From NCBI GenBank assembly GCA_965243135.1, contig OZ251539.1, positions 1,248,001 through 1,312,000 of the forward strand: 64,000 nucleotides of DNA, read 5' to 3'. The stretch comes from Alphaproteobacteria bacterium (GTDB lineage: Bacteria; Pseudomonadota; Alphaproteobacteria; MPNO01; UBA830). Numbering within the stretch: position 1 is the first letter of the stretch; each line of letters opens with the position of its first letter. Positions 19,349 through 30,068 of the stretch are shown here, piece by piece. The translations under genes and the position numbers were made by a program. The notes beneath the pieces are model-generated. The model saw only the letters and a program-made list of their open reading frames with translations, was not told the origin of the DNA and did no database searches.

Positions 19349-22216
19349 TCACGCTCCTGCTGCTTCGTCGAGTTTCCGCGCGATGTCGGAGCGATCCTCG
19401 ATGAAAAGATATTCCCACCGCCCGGGGCAGGCCTCCGATCCGTTCACGGCAGGCAACCACCAGTTCAGAACCGCATCCCGTTTCCGTTCCGCGTCCTCGT
19501 CCGTCCGGCCCTTGAACTCGATGACGAGATGGCGGGGGCCGTCCGCCGTCCGCGCCACGAAATCCGGTTCGTAATGACGCCATGCCCCGGCGTTGCGGTC
19601 GAGCCACGGGATCCGCCATCCCAAACGAAAGTTTCGCGCCCAGGCCAGGATGCCGGGATGCCTGTCCAGTTCGACCGCGAGCAGTTGTTCCGGCTCGGAG
19701 TGGCATGCGGCCCGGTTGAGCTCCGAATTTCCTGCGACCTCTTCCGGAGCGACCGGGTAACGGAGCTTCAGGCTGGTTTCGAACGAAACCTCCGAGGTAT
19801 CGATCGCCCTCGGAAGATTCCGTTCCAGTTCGTCGGCGAAAACCGGCCTGATTCGCGGTTTCCCGTCATCCGTTTCCACGCAGGCGCGAGCGATTTCCAA
19901 AGGCACGTTCGCGATATGGGGGGGATGGACGAGCAGTTCGTGGTTCGTGCACGCGACCGAAGGATGATCGAGCCAATCCTCCACGGCCCGAAGCATGGAC
20001 GCGAACAGAACGCGGCGGCGGGCGTCCTTGCGGTTCTCGCAAAAATGGCGAACCGCCTGTCCGGCGATCCGGTAGACGATCGCCTGGCGGCGCTTCGGTA
20101 TCGTCCTGTCGATCGCCTCGCCGCCGACCAGTCCGGCGCTTACGGTTTCCGACGGGACGTGAGCCGCCGTCACTTCGTAAGGACCGACGCGGTCCGGATC
20201 GAGGGCGCACCGCAGATCCGGAGGGTCGAGCGCATAGGCCGCGACATTCGGAAACTCGATTCGGCACGGCTTTTTCCCCGGCACGGTTTCGACCTTCCAG
20301 GTCTGGGCGGGCGGCGCGGGCGGAGGATCTTCCGAACCGAGCATGAAATTGAACGGCACGCCGAAGATGCGGGCGTATTCGGGTTCGAGAAGCTCGTCGC
20401 CGGCGCCCGGAAATCCCGTTCGCCTGAGAGCGCGTCCGGCGACCTGCTCGCAGAGAAGCTGGCTCGTGAAGGCCCGGAACCCGAAGATGTGCGTGACGGT
20501 GCGGACGTCCCAACCCTCGGTCAGCATCGAGACCGAAACGACGCATTTGATGCGTTCGCCGGGACCGCCGGGCCTGCCCACGGTGTTGAACATTCGCCGG
20601 ATGTGGTGGTTCAGCTCCTGTTTCGAGGCGTTTTCGTCCGGCGAGTGAAAATCCTTCTGAATGCCCGCGACGCGATCGGCGCCCCCGCCGTCCTCCGGTT
20701 CTCCCAGACCGGAATGCGCCAGCATCGTCGGCGGATGCGCGACCGGGCCGCTCCCGTCCGGCTTCACGTTGCTGAAGGCGTCGTAGGCGCCCGGATGCCA
20801 GCGGCCCTGGCCGTCCCGGTATCCGGCGATATGCTTGAAGAGGGCGTTGGCGTTGCTGATGGTGTTGGCGACGACGATCATGACCGGCGTCGTCGTTCCC
20901 GGGACGGCCGCGTACGACGCCGCGAGCCGCTCGTAGTCGGCATGCATCGATTCGAGCAGGTTGACGACCTGCGGGTGCATGTCGTCGGACTTCAACGCGT
21001 TCGGCTTCGTGTGCTCGAACGTGTTGCGGTAAACGGGTTCCTCCTTGTCGGTGTCGTCGGAAACCGGAACCCGCGGAATCTTGGTAAGGCCCGCTTCCAC
21101 GGCGTCGATGAGCGGGTAGTCGGTGACCGTCCAGGGAAACAGTTCGTAATCGAGATCGACGGGCCTGCGGATGTACATCGGCGTCGCCGAAAGATCGAAG
21201 ACGCGGCCGAGACGCCCGGTATCCCTCAGCGTTCTCAACCCGTTGAACCAGAGCGCGGCGGCGCGTTCGAAATCCCGCGTGTCTTTGTCGACCTTCTTCC
21301 GCGGCTCGTCCGGGGCGTAGCAGTGATGCGCTTCGTCGTTGAGAACGACGATTTCCTTCGCGCCCCGGTGCGCGCGAAGCAGCCGATCGAGCATCGTCTC
21401 GGGGGTCTCGGTCCAGTGCTCGGGCTCCGCTTCTTGGTGGCCCTTCATCCATCGTTTCGCCGTTCCGCTCGGCAGGTCGTCGGAACCGTCGACGGCCAGG
21501 GCGCTGCGCCGCTGAAACGCCTGGAAATTCAGGACCGTCACATGCATGCGGCTGATCGGGGGCGTTCGGTGCGGGGGCATCAGGGACTTGTAGAGCGCGG
21601 CGCCGCGCGCGGGATCGAGTTCGGAGAGGCGATCTTTCACCGTCAGGTTGGGCACGACGACCAGAAAGTCCGCGCGGCCCTGTCGCCGCAACGTCAGCCA
21701 CAGGATGATCATCGCCATGACGCGGGTCTTGCCGGTGCCGGTCGCCATCTTGACCGCGAGGCGCTCGATGCCTTCGTTGCGTTTCCGATTGACGGCGGTC
21801 AGTTCGTCCCGAATCCTGCGAAAGCCGAGCGTTGCGGGGGCCGCCTCCAGCAGCCAGATCAACGTTTCCACGGCTTCGCGCTGGCAGAAGAACGGACGCG
21901 GCTCGTGGTTCGGGTCGGCCCAGTGTTCGAGCAGCTCCCGGGTGAGCCGCGCAACGCCCGGGTAACCGGCCGCGCGCCAACTTCCTACTTCGTCGCGGAT
22001 CAGGTTGATGCGCGGGTGGGCCCCCACGCCTTCCGCCGACGCGCTGCGAACCGCGCCTGATTTCGGCTTCGGCACGCTCATGTACGCTCCGCTGGGACGG
22101 CGGCCGTCCCGCAGGTCGTTGGTCGCGCGGAATCGTTCGTCCAGACCCCAATGCCGCGCGGGCGACTCGTAGGGCGTGTTCAGGATCGGGTGCCGTTCCG
22201 GGTCGACCGGCTGCAT
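19349..22216 (-). CDS. res: Type III restriction enzyme Res subunit (SF2 helicase + PD-(D/E)XK)
   Basis: MATGTGKT, DEAHH, MLTEGWD, EQVAGRALR, C-terminal YEPDFV...IEFKG; adjacent to mod. Confidence 0.88.
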   Translation of the reverse strand: MQPVDPERHPILNTPYESPARHWGLDERFRATNDLRDGRRPSGAYMSVPKPKSGAVRSASAEGVGAHPRINLIRDEVGSWRAAGYPGVARLTRELLEHWADPNHEPRPFFCQREAVETLIWLLEAAPATLGFRRIRDELTAVNRKRNEGIERLAVKMATGTGKTRVMAMIILWLTLRRQGRADFLVVVPNLTVKDRLSELDPARGAALYKSLMPPHRTPPISRMHVTVLNFQAFQRRSALAVDGSDDLPSGTAKRWMKGHQEAEPEHWTETPETMLDRLLRAHRGAKEIVVLNDEAHHCYAPDEPRKKVDKDTRDFERAAALWFNGLRTLRDTGRLGRVFDLSATPMYIRRPVDLDYELFPWTVTDYPLIDAVEAGLTKIPRVPVSDDTDKEEPVYRNTFEHTKPNALKSDDMHPQVVNLLESMHADYERLAASYAAVPGTTTPVMIVVANTISNANALFKHIAGYRDGQGRWHPGAYDAFSNVKPDGSGPVAHPPTMLAHSGLGEPEDGGGADRVAGIQKDFHSPDENASKQELNHHIRRMFNTVGRPGGPGERIKCVVSVSMLTEGWDVRTVTHIFGFRAFTSQLLCEQVAGRALRRTGFPGAGDELLEPEYARIFGVPFNFMLGSEDPPPAPPAQTWKVETVPGKKPCRIEFPNVAAYALDPPDLRCALDPDRVGPYEVTAAHVPSETVSAGLVGGEAIDRTIPKRRQAIVYRIAGQAVRHFCENRKDARRRVLFASMLRAVEDWLDHPSVACTNHELLVHPPHIANVPLEIARACVETDDGKPRIRPVFADELERNLPRAIDTSEVSFETSLKLRYPVAPEEVAGNSELNRAACHSEPEQLLAVELDRHPGILAWARNFRLGWRIPWLDRNAGAWRHYEPDFVARTADGPRHLVIEFKGRTDEDAERKRDAVLNWWLPAVNGSEACPGRWEYLFIEDRSDIARKLDEAAGA

Positions 22217-22473
22217 GGATTGAATTCCAGTGGGTTGGCGGAACCGCCGTTCGGCGGGACAATACCTTTTCGGACTCGAAGCGCAACAGGCCGGGCGCGG
22301 CGGTCGAACGCCGGCTCGCGCCGTCGCGGCGCTGCGAGGGGCGCCTGTCGGCGGAACGGCAGGTCAGGCGCGCCGCGAGGCCCGGCGGCTCCGCGCCGCC
22401 GCATTTGCGTTTGCAAACTATGCGTAAATCGGGCATTTTGCGCGCTGTAAACAGCGACCAAGGAGGCATTCAG

Positions 22474-23214
22474 GTGGAGTACAGGAATCCCAGCGAGGTA
22501 TCGGGCGACTACAGGAACATGCTCATTCGCCTCATGACGCGGCAGATTTACGCCGAGACGGCGACCGCGGAGGTGTTCGGGCGAGCGATTTCCGTGGCGC
22601 CCAACTGGCGCGAGAAGGAACTGGCGGCGGAATTCGCCGCCGAGGAGGCGCGCCACAGCCGCGGGCTTTACGATCTGTTGACCGATCTGGACGAGGATCC
22701 GGAAACGATCATCACGGGCCGTCCCGACGCGGCGCGCTTCTGGGGCGTAGATCTCGACAACTGGCTGGACATCGCGGTGTTCAATTTCACGGTCGACCGC
22801 GCGGGCAGCCATCAGATCATGGAGTACCGGCAGTCGAGCTACGTTCCGTGGGCCGAAAGCCAGGAAGAGGTGCTCGCCGACGAGGAGGACCACTACGACA
22901 ACGGCGTCGAGAATCTCAAGGAGTTCGCGAAGGATCCCGAGCGGCTCGCCGAGTTCCAGACCGTCTTCGACCGGGTGATGCCCAACTGCGTGAAGCGCGC
23001 CTTCGGGCGTCTCGAGGGGCCGGACAACGATTTCTGCCTCGAGCACGGCCTCAAGCGCAACAAGACGGCGGCCATCGTCGACCGCTATCTCGAAGAGATG
23101 CGGGGGCACATGGAAGGCACCGGCCTGAAGTTTCCCGTTCTTCCGGCTTTCGACGCGATCAAATGCGAACTCGCGGACAGCAGCAGGGGAATCCTGGCGT
23201 CGCTGCAACGCTGA
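22474..23214 (+). CDS. Ferritin-like diiron protein, PaaA/PaaC (phenylacetyl-CoA epoxidase)-like
   Basis: AGGAGG RBS then GTG; APNWREK...EEARH and DEEDH ExxH motifs. Confidence 0.65.
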   Translation: MEYRNPSEVSGDYRNMLIRLMTRQIYAETATAEVFGRAISVAPNWREKELAAEFAAEEARHSRGLYDLLTDLDEDPETIITGRPDAARFWGVDLDNWLDIAVFNFTVDRAGSHQIMEYRQSSYVPWAESQEEVLADEEDHYDNGVENLKEFAKDPERLAEFQTVFDRVMPNCVKRAFGRLEGPDNDFCLEHGLKRNKTAAIVDRYLEEMRGHMEGTGLKFPVLPAFDAIKCELADSSRGILASLQR

Positions 23215-23310
23215 CGCGTTCCGCAAGAAGCCGCAGCCGTTTCCTACCCAAGGCGCCGCGCCGCCCTTTCGTCCGGCGGCGCGGCGCCGCCTCATTCCGG
23301 AAATCCAGAC

Positions 23311-24162
23311 ATGATCACCGAATCCAGCGACGTCATTCTCGGCCACGCGTTCAAGGCCGTGAAGGTCGACATCTCCGACCGCATCCTCACGCTCACTCTC
23401 GCGCGCCCGGAGCGATTGAACACCTTCAACGAAGACATGAAGGAAGATTTCCGCTGGCTCGAGCGCCGCATCGAGGCCAACGACGAGATTCGCGTCGCGG
23501 TCGTCAACGCCGAGGGCGAGATTCGCGTCGCGGTCGTCAACGCCGAGGGCGAGAAGGCGTTCGGCGCGGGGGCCGACGTATCATGGTTCGAGCAGGACTT
23601 TTTGACCGAGCGCTTTCGCATCGAGTACCGCTGGATCCACGATTTTTTCGACCGTCTCGAACGCATCGAAATCCCGGTGATCGCCGCCATCCAGGGCATT
23701 TGCGCCTGCGGCGGGCTGGAACTCGCCATGTCCTGCGATTTCAGGATCGCCACGGAAGACGCGCGGTTCGGCTTCACCGAGGGCAACATCAACCTGATTC
23801 CCGGGTCCGGCGGCTGCTCGCGCCTGGTGCGCATGATCGGGCCGGGCTGGGCGAAGGAACTGGTGTTGGCGGGGGAGTTCATCGACGCGGAAAGGGCGCA
23901 GCAGATCGGCCTCGTCACGCGGGTAGTTCCGCGCGAGCGATTGCAGGCCGAGGCGCGCGCCCTCGCCGAGAAACTCGTCGCGAAGGCGCCTGCCGCGCTG
24001 GGCCTCGCCAAGGCGATCCTGAATACCTGTCAGAACATCGATACGGCGTCGGGGCGCGTGCTCGAGCGGATCGGCCAGTCCGTGCTGATAAGGTCCGAAG
24101 ACCACAAGGAGGGCGTCCGGGCGTTCCGCGAGAAGCGGAAGCCGCAATACTCGGGGCGCTGA
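23311..24162 (+). CDS. Enoyl-CoA hydratase/isomerase family protein
   Basis: AFGAGADV, GGGLELAMSCDFR, FGFTE..INLIPGSGG, EGVRAFREKRKP. Confidence 0.9.
   Translation: MITESSDVILGHAFKAVKVDISDRILTLTLARPERLNTFNEDMKEDFRWLERRIEANDEIRVAVVNAEGEIRVAVVNAEGEKAFGAGADVSWFEQDFLTERFRIEYRWIHDFFDRLERIEIPVIAAIQGICACGGLELAMSCDFRIATEDARFGFTEGNINLIPGSGGCSRLVRMIGPGWAKELVLAGEFIDAERAQQIGLVTRVVPRERLQAEARALAEKLVAKAPAALGLAKAILNTCQNIDTASGRVLERIGQSVLIRSEDHKEGVRAFREKRKPQYSGR
23485..23550 (+). repeat. Perfect 33-bp tandem duplication (EIRVAVVNAEG x2)
   Basis: Seen directly in DNA and protein. Confidence 0.9.
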
Positions 24163-24269
24163 GCCGCCGGTTCAGCGGTCGAGGTCGACCTGACCGGCCC
24201 GCAAGGCCCCTCCTGCCGTTTTTGCGGCGGCGCCCAGTTCGGGCAGCGACCACGCAGCTGCGCGCTGGG

Positions 24270-24400
24270 CGGGGATGCGCCCGAAAAGGGCGGGGCAGGG
24301 GTCTTTCAACTCCCCCATTGTCGGGTCTTTGAGCGTGTCGTCGTTCCGCAGGTAGAACGCAAGCCTTGGCCGTAGCCTTGCCGGATGGTCCCGGGCAACG
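24270..24400. repeat. Dispersed repeat shared with ~49245-49370; probable decayed IS4-like end
   Basis: aaagggcggggcaggggtcttt(c/t)aactcc...tgtcgtcgttccgcag at both loci. Confidence 0.55.
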
Positions 24401-24982
24401 GTCGGCGTTGAGATGGACAGGGCGAAGAGCGGCGCGATCATTGCCAGACGCTGCCCGCGAGGAGACGGCAGCGGCGATGCGAGAGGCGAAAGCTGCCGGC
24501 CGGAAGACCTCCGCGGTCAGTTTTCGAACGGCTTGCACGGCGCGAGCGCCGGCGAGCTTGCGGCGGGCAACGTCCGTGCGAACGAACGATGGAGGTTCCA
24601 GGTTCAGAAGCGCCCGGCCCACGCCGTCTTCCGCGGCTCCGGATGCCTCGCGCGTTAACGGGCCGACGGGTCTCCGCACCGCAACCCGGAAAGCCGCGCG
24701 ACCCGCCGGAGGCCCGAAGCGGTCATCGGCGCTTGGTCAGTTCAAAATATTCTCGGCACGCCTCGAAGGCGAACTGCCAAGACGAGTCCGAAGCGTTATG
24801 ATGCCGCGAGGCGAGCACTTGCCTGAAGGACATCCCGCCGAGGGCGCTCGTCTACCCCTTTCGAACTCAGGAGACAGGTCGTTGTTTGCCCGAAACCGGC
24901 AGATAGTCAGCGCCGTGCGTCTCCGGAAACGGCTTGCGCCGTTTGCGTTTCGCGAAGCCGCAGAGCCGACGGAGATTGCAGC

Positions 24983-26593
24983 ATGAGGATGCGTTCCCGC
25001 GGAATGCTGCGGCTGGTTGCGATCCTCGTCTCGACGGCAGCGGTCGCAGGGGCGGCGGATCGGCTTGCCGCCCAGAAACTTGGCGAACCCGCCGCGAAAC
25101 CCGAAACCGGGATTGCGCTGCTTGACCGCCGCCCGCCGCCGACAACCCAACAGGCACCGGACGATGCGGCAGTTGTCGAGATTGAACGCCGCCTCATCGA
25201 AATTGAACGCCGCTTCATCGAACTCCATAACGAAGACAACGAACTCAGGAAGGAGATTCTCCTGGGCCGCAGCAAATTGGTCGACCGGTGGCTTGACGCA
25301 GTCGCCGTTCTGCTGACCACGTTCGGCGTTATTCTCGCCATTGTCGGTATTATTGCCGGTACTGTCAGCTTCAGGAGATTTCGCGAAATCGAGAGGGAAG
25401 CGAAGGAGAGCGCGAGCGCGGCCCAGCTACAAGCAGAAAAGGCTGCGAGCCTCGCCGACGACATCAAGGCAACGAAACAAGAGACCGACTCCATTCTCGA
25501 TAGCATGGAAACCACTTCGGAATCCGTTGACGACGATCCGGAAAAGGCGGACAAAGCCGCAAGAAGCGTTCAGGAGAATCCGGCGGCGACTTTTGTGGAG
25601 CGGGCGATCGCAAATGCTATCTTGCTTCAGGGATCGGGAAATTTTGAGGCGGCAATCGAAAAATGGCGATCAATTGCCAACCTTTCGGAAGAAACCGATC
25701 AAGGCCTCGCGGCGCGGTCGTGGTTTTCCGTCGGATATCTACGTCAGGAAATGTCCGACACCGAAGCGGCGATAGTGGCCTATGACAAAGCCCTACAAAA
25801 GAACCCTGGTTTTGCCGAAGCCTACAACAACCGCGGCATCGCCATGAGCGATCTGGAACGGCACGAAAATGCCCTCGCGGATTACGGCGAGGCGATCCGA
25901 CTCAGACAGGACTATGCCGAAGCCTACAACAACCGCGGCGTCGCCAAGAACAAGCTGGGACGGCACGAAGATGCCGTGGCGGATTACGACGAGGCGATCC
26001 GGCTCCAGCCGGACGATGCCGCTGCCTACAACAACCGCGGCTACGTCAGGAGCGATCTGGAACAGTACGAAGAGGCCCTCGCGGATTACGGCAAGGCGAT
26101 CCGGCTCAAGCCGGACTATGCCGAAGCCTACAACAACCGCGGCATCGCCAAGAACAAGCTGGGACGGCACGAAGATGCCGTGGCGGATTACGACGAGGCG
26201 ATCCGGCTCAGCCCAGACTATGCCATTGCCTACAACAGCCGCGGCGTTGGCAAGAGCGATCTGGAACGGTACGAAGATGCCCTGACGGATTACGACGAGG
26301 CGATCCGGCTCAAGCCGGACTATGCCGAAGCCTACAACAACCGCGGCAACGCCAAGAGAAATCTGGAACGGTACGAAGATGCCGTGGCGGATTACGACGA
26401 GGCGATCCGGCTCCGGCCGGACTTTATCTTAACATATTACAATCGGGGGCGGACAAATATGAAATTGGGACATGTGAGCAAAGCATGCCAAGACTTCATG
26501 AGAACGCTTGCCATGGCTCAAGAAAAAGGCGACGAAAAACTTGCCAATGCCGCGAAAGAAGCCCTTGGAATATCGCTCGACGGAAACGAATGA
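24983..26593 (+). CDS. Membrane-anchored TPR-repeat protein
   Basis: Hydrophobic N-terminal and TM segments, coiled coil, and ~7 near-identical 34-aa TPRs (AEAYNNRG...A.ADY.EAIRL.PD) with 102-bp DNA periodicity at ~25810-26440. Confidence 0.88.
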   Translation: MRMRSRGMLRLVAILVSTAAVAGAADRLAAQKLGEPAAKPETGIALLDRRPPPTTQQAPDDAAVVEIERRLIEIERRFIELHNEDNELRKEILLGRSKLVDRWLDAVAVLLTTFGVILAIVGIIAGTVSFRRFREIEREAKESASAAQLQAEKAASLADDIKATKQETDSILDSMETTSESVDDDPEKADKAARSVQENPAATFVERAIANAILLQGSGNFEAAIEKWRSIANLSEETDQGLAARSWFSVGYLRQEMSDTEAAIVAYDKALQKNPGFAEAYNNRGIAMSDLERHENALADYGEAIRLRQDYAEAYNNRGVAKNKLGRHEDAVADYDEAIRLQPDDAAAYNNRGYVRSDLEQYEEALADYGKAIRLKPDYAEAYNNRGIAKNKLGRHEDAVADYDEAIRLSPDYAIAYNSRGVGKSDLERYEDALTDYDEAIRLKPDYAEAYNNRGNAKRNLERYEDAVADYDEAIRLRPDFILTYYNRGRTNMKLGHVSKACQDFMRTLAMAQEKGDEKLANAAKEALGISLDGNE

Positions 26594-26949
26594 TGCACAA
26601 GACCGGCGTTACGGCTCCGGGCGAAATTCGGCAGCGGACTCCGAAAACATCCTTCTCTTTCAACTCAGCAATGCGATGCAGGCGGTCGGAATCGCCCCCG
26701 CGAATGCGCGGTTGCCCGAACGGCTGAAGCGCCTGAACGGAAGGCGATGGCGTTTCGCCGAATGGAGCATGTTCGCTTGAAGAACGAGCGCGAAGCGGCA
26801 CCGGAAGTTTCGGACCGCGGAGACGCGGAGCGCCTCGGAGCTTGCCCGAGTGTCGCTGGCGAAGGAGCGCTTGCAGGTGAAAAAAGTCGGGACAGCTGCC
26901 CCGCAGCCGGATGGTCAATGCCGCAACGGAGCGGAAATCAGGCGCGCCG

Positions 26950-27430
26950 TCGAAGAGGCGGTCCACCGACGGATGACGGACCCGGAAACCACGTAGCGTG
27001 CTGCGCGCCGTGGGGCTTCTCGTCGGCGACACCCCGCGGCGCGCGGGCATCGTGCCGTTCGGGCGCGCCGAATGCACGAACATGCCGCAATGCTTGTGCG
27101 CTCCTACGCGGCCGGTCCGAGCGTTTGGACGACCGCGGTTCAACGGCAACATCTTCACGCTTCTTGCGCAGGGGAGCGCTTCCTGCACTCCGCCCGGCAG
27201 GTTCGAGGCCGGATGCGAGCCGCCGCCGCTCGCGACACGCGAGGCTCTCGTGAACGCCTTTTGGCCTACGCGATTCGCGGCGCCCTCGTGAACGCGACGG
27301 TCTACGACGACCGCCTGGAGATCGTGTCCTCCGACCTTCCGGCTTCCGGGTTGAGTTCGGAAAACCGTTCGCGCCGCACGATCGCCTGCAGCCGAACCCG
27401 CGGATCGCTGAGGATGATGGAATGGACTTC
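26950..27430 (+). pseudogene. Decayed ATP-binding/RecG-C-terminal-like (HATPase_c_4-type) gene fragment
   Basis: Fragments LATREALVNA, VYDDRLEIVS and PNPRIA in shifting frames. Confidence 0.4.
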
Positions 27431-27467
27431 CTCTGCGGGGTAGCCCGTCCGGAGGAAAGCCAAGGTA

Positions 27468-28325
27468 GGCGTTCGCTACCCGGGGGACGAAAAAATTTCG
27501 TCCGGGGACCGTACACGGGATCCTTCACCCCTCGTTTTTGCTTCGAAGCGACCGACGGACGAGGGGCTTTGCCGCCGGCAACGGCCCTCCGGCGGCGGGA
27601 CGAGGCGCGCCAGAAAGCGGAAGCGTCGCGCGGAAGCAAGTCAGCAGGCGACGTTCCGGAAAACGCGGCGGGCAACGAACTGAAACGCCTGAAGTCGGCC
27701 TCTTCGGCGAACGAGCGGGCCGCCCGCGGCGAAGCCGAGGGAGCGCGTCGACGAACGCGGCAACGCCCGCAGCGCGCAACTGCAAGCTTGACAAGTTCGA
27801 GAGCGAGCGCACCCGACGCGCGCAGGAGAGCGGCGCGGAACGAGAAGCCCGGCGGGGCGATAGCCCGGGTCGCCGTCGCGCGGACGCGCGCCGCGTTTGC
27901 CGGGTTCCTGGCCGCTGTCAGCGGCAAGCCTTGCGCGAGAAATGGAGAAAAGGCCACTCGTCGAGTTTCGCGCCGCGGCGTTGTCGCCGGCCCGGCACCG
28001 AGATGATCGCGCGTGCGGAAGCGGGAGGTGCGCCGGCGCCGCGGCCGGTCGCGAACGACGGCGTCGGTACCGGGACTTGCGCCCCGCGCGACCGCGACAG
28101 TCGCTCGACTTCGAGGTCTTGCCGACGGGGAACGGCGTCAGGCGCCCCTTGTTCGCGCCCCGTCCGCCGACATCGTTCGTTCGGCGACGGTTTCCGGCGC
28201 GGCGGTCCGGCGGCCGGCTGTCAGCGCCTTGAGCGCCATCATGTTCTCTTCCTGGCGGCGTTCTTCGGCTGCGCGCCGCTCCTGCGTGGCCGTGCGCTGT
28301 TCTTGCTCGCGTTCGTCGTTGGCGC
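27468..28325. repeat. Diverged dispersed cassette shared with ~57769-58365, including a small coiled-coil ORF end
   Basis: gcgttcgctaccc..gggacgaaaaaatttcg, tgaagtcggcctcttcggcgaacga and EERR.EENM.ALKAL.AGR.TAAPETVAERT.SADGARTRGA at both loci. Confidence 0.75.
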
Positions 28326-28534
28326 AAATGCCGTACGCCAACGGCCGCTACGACGGCCGCTGCGCGACGCTCTTCGCAGCCGCAGTACGCTGGCCCCGCG
28401 GACGCTTTCCCGCGACTTTTCAGGCGCTTACCGGTCGAGTGCCGCACGAGCGACGAGCGCTGCCGCCTTTGACGAAGCGCAGGCCGAACCCGCGGCGGCG
28501 TTCTTTCGCGGAGGCGGCCGTGACGGGAAGCCGT

Positions 28535-30068
28535 TCAGGCGGCCTCGCAGTCGAACCCGACGACGTTGCGCTCCTCGCGGCTGAACTCCACCCCGATCAG
28601 GTGGACCGAACGTCCGAGACGGCGGTACTTGTCCGCATATCCCTTCTCCCGCAACTGCGCGAGCGCGGTCCCCTCCCGCCCGCGCTCCACCACCTTGAAC
28701 TCGAACAGGTAGACGCGCCCGCCGACGCGGATCGCCATGTCGGCGCGCCCCCGGCTGCCGCTGTCCTCGGCGACCGGCTCAAGGCCCTCCATCAGGAAGC
28801 AACTGTGGATGACGCTCGCGTAGTGGGCCTCGTACTTCGCGACGGGGCTGTTCATGTACCACTGGTGCGGGATGGCGGCGAAGACGCCGCGGAACAGGGT
28901 TTCGAGACGCTTGAAGTCGTTCGCCTCCAGCAATTCGCCCAGCCGCAGGTTCTCCGTCTCCTCGCGGGCCTCGGCCGGGAGCAGTTCTTCCAGCAGGGCC
29001 TCGCCCAGGCTCTGGCGCACCTCGAGGTTCGGGTAGTCCAGCCTGTAGCGCCCGTCCTCCTCGCCGGCGATGGTGAGGTAGCCGGTCTGGAACAGAAGCG
29101 CCTGGACCGACATCCTGTCCACGTCGAAGGCCGAGAGCAGGCTCTCGCTGCCGATCATGCCGTCCAGGCGGGGAGTGGGCAGGTTGCGGCGCGCCAGCGT
29201 CTCGATCAGGAAGGTCGGCGTGCCGCTCTCGAACCAGTAGTTGCCGAACCTGCGCTCGGCGAACAGCAGCAGGAGGCCGAACGGATTGTAGAGCTTCTCC
29301 GGCCCGCGCCAGTTGTAGCCGTTGTACCAGCGGCGGATTTCGTCCCGGTCCAGGCCCTCCAGTTCCGGGGCGAAGACCGCGTCCAGTTCCGCGTCCGTGC
29401 AGCCGCAGATGTCCGAGAACTCCGGAGCCAGCGTGATGTCGCGCAGGTTGTTCAGGCCCGAGAACAGGCCTGCCTTCGAGAACTTGCTCACCCCCGTCAG
29501 GAAAACGAAACGGAGATGCTCGTCGCAGTCTTTGATCACCCCGTACAGGTCGCGCAGGAAGCCGCGGTTGGCCAGCGCCAGTTCCCGGTCTCCGAGCGCG
29601 TCCAGAATCGGCTTGTCGTACTCGTCCACCAGCACGACCACGCGCCGCCCGGCGCGCTCGTGCAGTTCGGAGATCAGATGGTGAAGGCGGTCGGAGGCGT
29701 CCGGGTAGCCGCATTGGACGCCGGCGCGCTTTTCGGCGGCGTCGAGCTGCATCATCGCGTTCCTGTGCAGCCGGTCGGGGACGACGAAATTGCGCCCGCC
29801 GAAGCTGAGCCGCACGACGGCGCGTCGACCAGTCCCACTTGTCGTGCACGGCGAGGCCCCGGAACAACTCCTCGCTTCCCTCGAACAGCTTCTGCAGCGT
29901 GTCCACCAGCAGCGTCTTGCCGAACCGGCGCGGACGCGACAGGAAATAATACTGACCACCCTCGACGAGGCGGCGGACATGGTCCGTCTTGTCGACGTAG
30001 TAGCAGTCCATCTCTCCCCGAATTTTCCGGAGGGAAGTCAAGCCGATCGGAAGCATGCGTTTCGTCAT
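28535..30068 (-). pseudogene. AAA-ATPase-like + PD-(D/E)XK nuclease, array copy 5 (single frameshift)
   Basis: 5-bp deletion at ~29818 splits the N-terminus from the rest of the gene. Confidence 0.85.

Noticed and set aside
16794-19706. 970-aa intact Mod as called by the ORF track
   Set aside because: Its first ~120 aa overlap res in another frame; the RBS-backed start is 19344, upstream of the C-tract.
25810-26440. CRISPR-like periodic repeats
   Set aside because: 102-bp in-frame coding TPR units; no unique spacers and no cas genes.
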